From the NCBI GenBank assembly GCA_951406725.2, contig OX597817.1, positions 101,432,001 through 101,496,000 of the forward strand: DNA of 64,000 bases, in the 5' to 3' direction. This DNA is from Octopus vulgaris. Lineage: Eukaryota. The position numbers were made by a program, and so were the translations under genes. Below are positions 54,237 to 64,000 of this stretch, in pieces. Under the pieces are notes generated by a model. It searched no databases and was not told the DNA's origin. It was given only the letters and a program-made list of their open reading frames with translations. Every line of letters starts with the position of its first letter. Positions within the stretch are counted from its first letter, which is position 1.

Positions 54237-54799
54237 TTAATTACTGTTACGGTACCCCTTGCACATAGCTCTGAATTTGAAAGGCGTATTGTGAGCTTTG
54301 TATAATAATTGATTGTAAGATGGGGCATTGTAAATGTAGTTGTTATAAGGTTGGCTGCTAAGTGAATGCAGTAATTGAGGTTGTGGCCAAATATTACCAC
54401 CTACATTCACTAAGAATACTTTACTGCCTTCATTCTTAAGCTTTTCACTTTCTTCTAATACTTCTTGTGTAATCGCAGTTACTGAAGGATCGACAAACAA
54501 AACAGCTGTGTTCTTTTTCGAAATAATCGGATTATCATTTACTTCCTTTCCTTTTCTCATCTCACGTATAACATTCGCTAATCCGGGAACTTCTATATTA
54601 ACGCTGTTTCTTGTTTCCAAGTAGGATTTTCCGATTAATGAAGTCACAGGAACGTTGAAGGTAACCGGACAGTGGGCAAACGACACAACTCTGAAATTTC
54701 CATATCCAGTGTACGGCAGCATAGCATTGATAAACTGTGTAATCATGTTGGCTCTGTAGCTTCCCATAGAGATTAGGTCATATCCAAATACAATAGATG
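54237..54799 (-). CDS. vWA gene exon 5: degenerate vWA-like C-terminal domain, with stop codon
   Basis: Acceptor ttccacAG; [13 protein letters not shown]...AVLFVDP...KVFLVNVG...LSSQP...CKGYRNSN*. Confidence 0.85.
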
Positions 54800-54998
54800 C
54801 TGTGGAATAATAAAAAAAAGAACAAATATAATACCTCGGGTGCTTTAGAATAAATAAAATCTAAATCATTAAAATTATGCGTGTGTGCGTGTGTCTGTAT
54901 GAGTGTAAATTAATTGATATAATTAAAAACTGTTCTGCCTTGTCACAGTTATTATTGTCGTAATTGTGATTATTTTTATTGTTGTTGACACTACAGTG

Positions 54999-55070
<72 letters not shown>

Positions 55071-57994
55071 CCCTCATTTTTCTTCCACGCGTTATCAAGT
55101 TATCATCGTCGTATTCATTTAGATGGAGATTTACAATAGACTGTTCCCTTAAATCTTTACATATGTAGCAGTAGAAATTTTTATACATATTTTAACTTAA
55201 TTATTGTTTGAGAACCGTATTTGACGCTCAATGTAGACTGTTTTAGACAAAAATGTTCATGCTTTGTTGTTGTTGCATAGCTGTTCCAAGTCAACCTGCA
55301 TTGAACAAACTTATGGTGACATTTGTTTCATCTGCGACTATCCATGTGCGCATGCAAAGACACATACATGTACATACATACATACATACATACATACATA
55401 CAAACATATATAAATATATGTGTGTGTGTGTGTGTATGTACACATATGTGTATGTATGTTTTGGTATGTCTGTCTGTCTGACTGTATGTATGTATGTATG
55501 TGTGTAGGTATGTATGTATGTATGTATGTATGTATGTATGTATGTATGTATGTATGTGTAGGTATGTGTGTATGTATGTATGTATGTATGTATGCAGGTA
55601 GGTAGGTAGGTAGGTAGGTAGGTAGGTAGGTAGGTAGGTGTGAGATATTCTCGAGCTAACATTAATATTTTGTTGCTTTTATTACCGTTGTTCATTTAAA
55701 CTGTGGCCACGCTGGAGTGTCAACTTCAAAAACATATAGTAAATGAGATCGGCTTATTTTATCAAACTCAGAAGGATGAAATTTAAATTTAAATTTGAAT
55801 TCAGAACCTAAGAAAAAATAACAAAGTTTCTGATTCTCTATCGATTCTGCTATCCATCCGTTTTATCGATCATCTCTAATGGTCTCTGCATCTTCTTGCT
55901 GGCTGTTCTCGTGTCATCTTTACACGGATACTTCGAATAAATTCGTCCTTCTTCTTTTCATCAATCATTATATCTCCAGCCTCAGACATTATCCACTACG
56001 GCTAGTCTTTCTTCCCTATAGCGTTGACCTCTGGAATGCCCTCCTTGCTTATGTTTTTAGTAAAACAATCAATTTACACCTGTACTATTGCAAGAGAAAC
56101 ATTAAATATATCAACCTCTCCGTCCTTGAAAGCCTACAAAAGCCATGGGCAGCAACTCTCTTCTCTAGATTTAAAAAAAATCTAAATGCATCGGAAAATG
56201 TTCAAGACAGTGCATATATTCATATATATAATATTCCTTAACGTTAATATGACTATTGAAATATTTAAATCATGGATTTTGCTTTTAGCTATTTTCTGTG
56301 CCGATTAGATAAAATATATCCCTACATTCAACAAAAAGTGGTTGCATTCTGTTTGACAAAATTTTCTTATTCATACTAAGACGGAATAACAACTTACAAG
56401 TTTGATCTCGTTGAGGAATTTCCATTGGCTTGCCGGTTATGGTTTTTGGCCTTTCTTTGGTAATTTTGGGCAAATGAAATAAAGTTGTTGATTTTAATGT
56501 TGTTGTGGTTGGTCTCGTGGTTGTGGAATCTCGAGTAGTTATTGTAGAAAGTTCTGTGGTTGTGGTGGTTTGTGTAGTTGTTGATGGAGTTGTGATATCT
56601 GCAATGCAATAAAACAAATTCGTTTGTGAGTTGATTATCAATACTTACAGATAACTGCGTAAACAAATTACAACAGATCATAACCTTAATATTTTATAAT
56701 ACCGCAATACGTATTAGACAACCTATCGATTACAAGGATGGGAAAGTTAAGCAAATACGAAACAGTTGTCGACTTGCTGGTAAATAAAAATACACATGTT
56801 AATTATTCCTTTATAATTTATCGACATTGCATAAATTTATTAATTGGAAAATTAAAAAGAGAAACAAGCATAACACCACACAATGAAGATTTCTGATAAC
56901 AAAATGCTTACGGGCGTATTTTTGTAAAAGGGTAATTTTAAAAGAATATGCACTACGTATTTACAAGTCAATATTACGATTGTTTGAGAAAAACAAATTG
57001 AAAAATATTAGATGAGTCTTGATAGTTTCTCACCTTCACAGGGTTTTACTCCAAAATCTTTATTTATTTCCTGCAATGCTGAATAACTGGTCACTTGATA
57101 CACATTGTTGACGGGATCACTTGCAATAGCTTTCAATTCTTCCAAATCGTAATTACTTCCAACACCAATAGCATAAACGTGGACTCCAAGTTTATGAAGT
57201 AACTTGGCCTCTTTTTTTGTGGCTTTCGTATCACGTGATTTACCATCAGTGATAACAATTGCAATGAAAGGAGATGAAGATGACTGTAGTTTCGGTTTCA
57301 GTTCTGATCTCAAAACTTGCAATGCTTCCGCTGTGTTAGTTTGACCAGTTCTGTAAGGAATGTTATCTATTGCTTTTCTCACTTGTTGGCTGTCTGTATA
57401 TTGATCAAGAGAAAACTCGAGATGAGCTCTATCACTGAACGTAATGGCTCCAACGCTAACTTGAGATTTACCTACACCGACGTTAAAGTTGTCTACAAGT
57501 CTTTGCACATATTTCAGTTGTTTTTTATAATCGACAATCCATATACTACTAGAAGAATCTAGTACAAACATGATGTTCGCTGCTTTACCGACACATTCTG
57601 CAAAGTAAAATAACTTTGACTTCAATAAATTATACTATGCGCATAATATAATATAGACTAACAACAAATACACATACACGTATACGTACATACATACCTA
57701 CCTACCTACCTACATACATACATACATACATACATACATACATACATACATAAAAATATACAATAATCTTAAGTTGTTGTAAATGCATAATGCATTTCAA
57801 TCGGGAAAAATGATAAATATGCAGTGAAGTGCAATGTTATGGGAAATCATATCAAAATTGAATACTCACGTTTTGCTGGTAAACTCTGAACCACTGTCTG
57901 CAACTGAAAATGGAAAAATATCCCATTATAGTTACGTACAAATAAATACATTTAAGAACCACACGTTCATAAATATTTACATGTATGCATATAT

Positions 57995-58080
<86 letters not shown>

Positions 58081-58189
58081 AAGATACTTAAATATATACT
58101 TATTACACATATGTGATCCATACACACACATACAAGCACACACGCACACACACACACATGCGCACATACACATATACATACATACATAT

Positions 58190-58254
<65 letters not shown>

Positions 58255-58527
58255 TACAGACAGAAGGACAATGTGTTTCGCGCATGTGTGATATTTTTTC
58301 AGTTAGTAAGTAATTGTATACTCTCTATGAGTGTAAGTGTCTTTAAAATATCATAACAATTGCAACGTGAATAATTGGCATTTATAAAGTAGCATTTAGC
58401 CAGAGTGAAAGCAGTCAATGTAATATTTAGTTGTGAATAGTAAACGTCTCAATTGATGATGACATATAATACTTACTGACAGCAAGCAGATTACTGAAAA
58501 GTACAAAACTGTTTGGTAGTAATACAT
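54237..58527 (-). CDS. Secreted von Willebrand factor A domain protein, 470 aa, 5 coding exons: 58477-58527, 57870-57903, 57034-57597, 56398-56598, 54237-54799
   Basis: All introns GT-AG with compatible phases (0,1,1,1); 1413 nt open frame. Sequence: [47 protein letters not shown] (MIDAS DxSxS...T...D), Thr-rich linker, degenerate vWA-like domain. Confidence 0.85.
55860..56165 (+). mobile_element. Intronic LINE (CR1/L2/Jockey-like) 3' remnant
   Basis: [13 protein letters not shown]...KRNIKYINL resembles the typical FF...LWN.LP C-terminus. Confidence 0.5.
56398..56598 (-). CDS. vWA gene exon 4: Thr-rich mucin-like linker
   Basis: ttgcAG / GTaagt, phase 1-1; [22 protein letters not shown]... 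Confidence 0.85.
57034..57597 (-). CDS. vWA gene exon 3: vWA domain
   Basis: tttgcAG / GTgaga, phase 1-1; [39 protein letters not shown]. Confidence 0.93.
57870..57903 (-). CDS. vWA gene exon 2 (34 nt)
   Basis: ttttccattttcAG / GTgagt; [11 protein letters not shown]; phase 0-1 bridges exons 1 and 3 exactly. Confidence 0.75.
58477..58527 (-). CDS. vWA gene exon 1 coding part (signal peptide)
   Basis: acaATG...; [17 protein letters not shown] then GTaagt donor. Confidence 0.75.
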
Positions 58528-58627
58528 TGTAAAATATCTTATTCTTAGCTGCTATGAATAACACTTGACGTTGTTGGTAAATAATACAAGCAGCAGATGT
58601 CTTTTCAGCTTCCAACTTGTGCTTGAT

Positions 58628-58662
58628 AATGACATTTAAGTGATGGAGGCCCCGTTTATATA
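58628..58662 (-). promoter_or_regulatory. Candidate core promoter: TATATAAA and Inr-like TCATT
   Basis: TATA at 58662-58655; Inr A at 58630, 32 nt downstream; ATG ~100 nt further. Confidence 0.6.
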
Positions 58663-59887
58663 GAAACATTTTGTTTTGCAATTCTGTAGTAAATGAGTGG
58701 GAATATATGAAATGAAAAAGCGAGGATACGGAAAGGTGCAACCGGAAATGATAATGATCATAAGATTTTCAATAGGGGTGGCTCGAATTACTTCCGCCAG
58801 CATTCTGTACATTTTCGCTAAGTCATATTTCATAGTCTTATCTAATACCCTTAAAAAGTTCTCATACATGCAGTGTATAACAGATCAAAATTGTTTATTA
58901 CGTCATTTTCAGGCAACAAATCATATTCCAGTAATTGTTTTATTTCTTTTCTTTTTAACATTCAAGAAGAAATATGGCATTTTGAGACAAGGCAGTAACC
59001 CACATGGTAAGGCGTTGGCAAAATATTTCAGAATAGGGATGAGTCGAACATAATATTTTAAGTAGAAATTCCAACAAATCTTAATTTCTTCCCTAAACTG
59101 TATCCGGTGAAAATTGGTACCTGATTAAAAGTTTCATGCTTTCTTCCGCTAAAGAGAAGACATGCAAGTTAAAACTTCTAACACAAGAAGAGCCTGATGA
59201 GTAAAGTTTTGTGGTTTTGTGAAGAGATATACTTTGTGTCTGACAATAAGTGAACCTAGTGTAACAAAGGCCTATGTATGTATGTATGTATGTATGTATG
59301 TATGTATGTATGTATGTATGTATGCATGTACGTATGCACATACATACATACACACATTTATATACATACATACAACCATACATATCCGTCACTGGAACTG
59401 TACAATCTGTAAAGCATTCTAGAAGTTTATCACTTAAATATATATGAGCATATCTAGATATGCAACTATATGCATGAGAATACATGCATAAAGCAAAACA
59501 TACAAATCTGCTATATGAGTACATACATACATACATACATACATATATACATACATATATACATACATGCATATATATACATGCATATATACATATATAC
59601 ATACATACGTACATACATGCATACATACATATATATATATATATATACATACATATATACATAGATGCATATATATATATATATATATATATAAATATAT
59701 TCCGTTTTGTATTTGGTTTGCAAAATTCTTTATGTGAATTTATGTGTTGAAGCATATCTACTGTGTCTGAGGGGAGCCGTTCTGTTTTAATGCCTTATTG
59801 ATTAACACACTCACCGGTTCGATTTCGACTCATTTACTTATTTTTTTCTAAAATTTTCGCTGCTTCTTGCAACCTCTTCAATAATTA

Positions 59888-59931
59888 TTGACTCTCTCCG
59901 TTATCAGAGCTCCGATAACGGACAGAGTCAA
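59888..59931. repeat. 44 bp near-perfect palindrome
   Basis: ttgactctctccgttatc-a-gagctc-c-gataacggacagagtcaa; two mismatched pairs. Confidence 0.85.
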
Positions 59932-60246
59932 CTGATGACCGTTCCGATCTGGAAACTATTGATAAAGAAGCATTTTCTTCGGTATGTATGCTCATTATCT
60001 TTTCATGCTCTCCTCAACTTATCGACCGTTTTTAATTTATTGAATTCCAGCTTTTATCAACCTACGCACTTAAATAGCTGAATCCTGTAAGGTTCTACTT
60101 TCATACACATATCCGTGTGTGTGTGTAAGTGTGAGTATGTGTGTGTATGTGTGGGTGTATATATATATATTTATATATAAACATATATATACATCCTTAT
60201 ACACACACACACATATATGCACACATACATATATAAATATATAATC

Positions 60247-60622
60247 TATTTCTTTACTACCCACAAGGGGCTAAAGACAGAGGGGACAAACAAGGACAGA
60301 CAAAGGGACTAAGTCGATTACATCGACCTCGAAATGATGAAAGCAAAGTCGACCTCGGCGGAATTTGAACGAAACGGCAGACGAAATACCTATTTCTTTA
60401 CTACCGACAAGGGGCTAAACACAGAGGGGACAAACAAGGACAGAGAAACGGATTAAGTCGATTACATCGACCCCAGTGCGTAACTGGTACTTAATTTATC
60501 GACCCCGAAAGAATGAAGGGCCAAGTCGACCTCGGCGGAATTTGAACTCAGAACGTAACGGCAGACGAAATACGGCTACGCATTTCGCCCGGTGTGCTAA
60601 CGCTTCTGCCTGCTCGCCGCCT

Positions 60623-60623
<1 letters not shown>
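60247..60623 (-). mobile_element. SINE family A variant with a Tx1-like tail, 3' part duplicated in tandem
   Basis: Head aaggcggcgagcaggcagaagcgttagc. Tail ttgtcccctctgtgtttagcccc...taaagaaa occurs twice (~60249-60292, ~60391-60435). Confidence 0.8.
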
Positions 60624-60674
<51 letters not shown>

Positions 60675-60698
60675 CATATATATATACATATATATATA

Positions 60699-60762
<64 letters not shown>

Positions 60763-60769
60763 TATATAC

Positions 60770-60802
<33 letters not shown>

Positions 60803-62549
60803 AACGGACAAAGCAGACACACACACACACACACACATTCACGCGCGCGCGCATATATATCTATACAGAAAAATAAAACAGATTACGTTCAGTGAATCTT
60901 TGAAATATCAGTTTAAAATATTTTGCCAAATATTTCGAAAACTGATGTCTATTTGTTCTATGTAAATTCTGTAGAATATTCCCCAAATATTGTGTACTTA
61001 TTTCTAATGCGACTTAATCGTCCTTTCAGCACAATCAGAAGTGATATTAAATCATTTTAAATGCAACAGCATTAAAATCCATTAAGCTGGAAAACTCTTC
61101 TGGTTATTTTAAAGTCGATTTTATGATTTGCTATTCATAAAATAAAAATCTAACGATATATCGTTATATACAATCCTACTTATCTATAATTTACAGTATA
61201 ACATAAACTAGAGGTAATTGAATTCCAATATTGCTAATTAATTGATTATGTTTTATTTGTTGTCAAATAAAATATATTTTTGGCTACTGACATAAATATT
61301 CTTCTTTTTGTGAGTTTAATTACATTATGTCTTGTTGGTTTCATGACATTTCTTTGGCATTTTTAATGATGAGGTGGGGGTGTTTTGTTAGCTAAAAATC
61401 TAGCTGGACCTATTTTCTACATGCTATATCTATTTTCTTTACAAAATATACGTTACAATACTATTTTACATAGCATAGAATACTATTTTCAACATCCCTA
61501 AGACAAAATGCAAGCATTGAAAATAACTCAAGATCTAAACTATGTTAGATAGTCTACATCAATTCCTACTATAATATTTAGTAAATGCTGCAGGAAGTTA
61601 ACATGGTAAGGTTCCGATAAGGATAAGGAAAGTAAGAGCAGCATTTTCTCTACAAGCCATTATAAGACCAAATAGGGTAAAAATAATAACAAATTTAACA
61701 TGCTGAATTCCATTATTATTATTATTGGGTGGCTCTGATTCTTGAGGATAGATCATGCAAAACGTAAACATGGCGCTTTTGTCAAATGACCTTAATTTTA
61801 TAGTTTACATAGAGTAAGGCTTTATGTTGTTGACGTTTTCTGTTATCTGCACTTATTCAAGTAATAGCAACATTTGTTTATCCAGAAACTCCTTTTTAGT
61901 TTTTGCTGCTTTTGTTGCAACTACTGCTGTTTTTGTACCTCTAAGTTAGCTCTGATCAACCAAACTTATGATGAAAGACATTATAACTATTCCCATCCTG
62001 ACATTTTTTACAACTAGTCCGCATTATTCAATATATAATTTTCATGAAACATCAGGCTTAGATGTGACGGAGACTTGGCTAGTATTTCTAAAAGTATAGT
62101 GGCCCTACAGAGGCACCTTTGTTGGCTCGCTGCTATTGATATTATTGTGATGGTTTATAAGAAACAAACTATATTACGTTTCAAAGATTAGAAGACAGTT
62201 TCTTATATGACCATCTAACATAAAGCAGCAAACTTATTTAAGAAAAATTACTGCGGCTGTATTAACATTCTTTAACTTCAGCGCGGACGTAATCTATTTC
62301 CCAGCTTCCAGCACACTAATATTTGCCTCGTAAAGAATTTTACCCGATACTTCCTGTCACCATCTAGCGGTCAATGTCTTGCCTAAAGCTATCTTTAATT
62401 CGATTCATTAATAATTCCTATATTTAATATGAAGACACTCGTTAGTCAGTTTCAAAATTTCATATTAAACATATTTGAATGTAAAATTATACTTCTTGAT
62501 ATTTTATTAGGAGTAATATAAGAGAAAAGAACAACAATTATAATAGTAG

Positions 62550-62742
62550 CGGTTTCGAATCTTGGCACAAGGCGAGCAAATTTAGAAGAATGGGCAAATC
62601 AATTACATCACACCCAGTACTTGACTGTATTTGATTTATTGATCCCGAAAGGATGAAAGGTGAATTCGTCCTTGGCGGAGTTTGTTAACAGTCGGAAGAA
62701 GTACCGCTAAGTATTTTATCCAGCACACTGACGATTCTGCCA
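62550..62742 (-). mobile_element. SINE family A, degraded
   Basis: ggcacaagg...gatcccgaaaggatgaaagg...accgctaag...gattctgcc. Confidence 0.7.
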
Positions 62743-64000
62743 TAATAACAATAGTTTATCAGCTATTAGAGTTTCAATACAATGAAAACCCCGGGACTTT
62801 ACCAAAATGTGTAGATTAGGACAAACTAGTCGCATAAAATGGAAGGGATAGACGAAAGACGTTATATTTTTTAAAATGGGGACAAATTAAAATTTTGTTT
62901 AACATGCATATAATTAAATTGAAAAAAAAAATCATATAAGCACACGCAATAATCAAACTATATACTTTAAATAGAAAATGAAACAGAAAAACACTTAAAA
63001 AAATCTGTCCACAGACAGATGAGGAGCCTCTGGCTAAGTCGAGTTAGTGCCACCCTGCACGTCTGCTTTAACAGTCGACGATCGTACAACCACCTTACTG
63101 AAAAAGATGCCCGTTAACACTTTTTTGTGTGGGTTGGGGTAGGAAACAACATACAACCTCAGGGTACTCTTGTTTCAATTGATTATAGAAAATGTTCATG
63201 TTTTTAATTGACGTTCCGTCATTTAGCTCTTATATTCCAGCCCTATTAGTTCCTTGATGACCAACATACCCAGGAGACACTGACCACCTCACGAATATGT
63301 TATTCTGTCTATCAAACTCTGCTTTGGCTTTCGGAAGATAGTAAAATTTAAATCCTCGTATATCCGGCCGTTGTCATTATTGTTGTCCTTAGGATTTTGT
63401 GGGAGTACTCTTTCTTACCTTTGTTGCTAGTTTCTGTTGTGGTTAGCAGTTTTTTCTTTTCCTTTTTCAATTTAGCTTCTTTTCAAACAATTAGGGACAA
63501 TTTTTTCAAAATGTCATCTATAACATCCACCTATTATGGTGACATTGTCATTGTTTGATAATCAGCTTTTAGTCAAAAACTAATATTTGAACAATACAAC
63601 ACTGGATATAATGAATAATAGGTGAGCGTATGGGATACAAACTGGTGAAAATAGCCCATATCTTCTTTTTGCCAAACAAAAACACCCTTGTGATAGAGTT
63701 TATTGGTTAAACCATTTTTTGTTTTTGATATCACATATTTTTGTCGAAAACAGAGAAACAAATAAATACCAATTATTAGATATTTGCTTCTGGGCATTCA
63801 GATTAATCTTTTCCAGTAATACTTTTAAAAAAGAAATGAAAAAGAAAAAATATCGCAAATGCTGAAGCTGAAAATTCAAGTCGTTTCAATTCTAATTGTA
63901 GTCTTTGTTAATAGATTAACGATTAACAAACAAATGCAAGTGGGCATTTCTCGCCTCGGTTACTGGTTTTATTTATCATTATTAAGTACTTTTCTCCTCT

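Noticed and set aside
57598-57625. ORF-track start (MKSKLFYFA) of the vWA ORF
   Set aside because: Intronic polypyrimidine tract and acceptor with a TTG start; the real N-terminus comes from upstream exons.
54237-58527. Gene symbol such as COL6A/COL12A/MATN
   Set aside because: No Gly-X-Y, FN3 or EGF modules; only generic vWA similarity.
62790-62860. Possible additional upstream exon of the vWA gene (GT donor-like site)
   Set aside because: No convincing frame or signal peptide; the gene is already complete with ATG, TATA and Inr at 58527-58662.

Overview
Repeat-dense, AT-rich animal genomic DNA. The SINE families, microsatellite load and TE mix look octopus/cephalopod-like (inference from pattern recognition, not a database search). 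Most of the first ~53 kb is nested transposable elements: an RTE LINE; seven fragments from five families of R4/Dong-type restriction-like-endonuclease retrotransposons, mostly abutting (AAT)n arrays; several Penelope-like elements (PLEs) with inverted terminal structures and hammerhead-ribozyme motifs; CR1-like and Tx1-like LINE pieces; three Tc1/mariner elements; MITE-like foldbacks; and three tRNA-SINE families. A young, near-intact Ty3/Gypsy element (45729-51423, TATC TSD, tRNA-Trp PBS, -1 frameshift heptamer) is nested in the LTR of an older Gypsy. One complete host gene can be assembled by hand on the minus strand (5 coding exons, 58527->54237, 470 aa; TATA+Inr; AATAAA). It encodes a secreted protein: signal peptide, MIDAS-bearing vWA domain, Thr-rich linker, degenerate vWA-like domain. 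The most interesting signals are (i) a PLE terminal repeat that combines a tRNA-like Pol III head, an (AAT)n spacer and a minimal hammerhead, and also occurs without its ORF; (ii) two SINE/LINE 3'-tail partnerships, one with a covarying hairpin and one with a Tx1/L1-clade LINE; (iii) multi-family (TAA)n-targeted stacking of R4/Dong elements. Boundaries of degraded elements are approximate.
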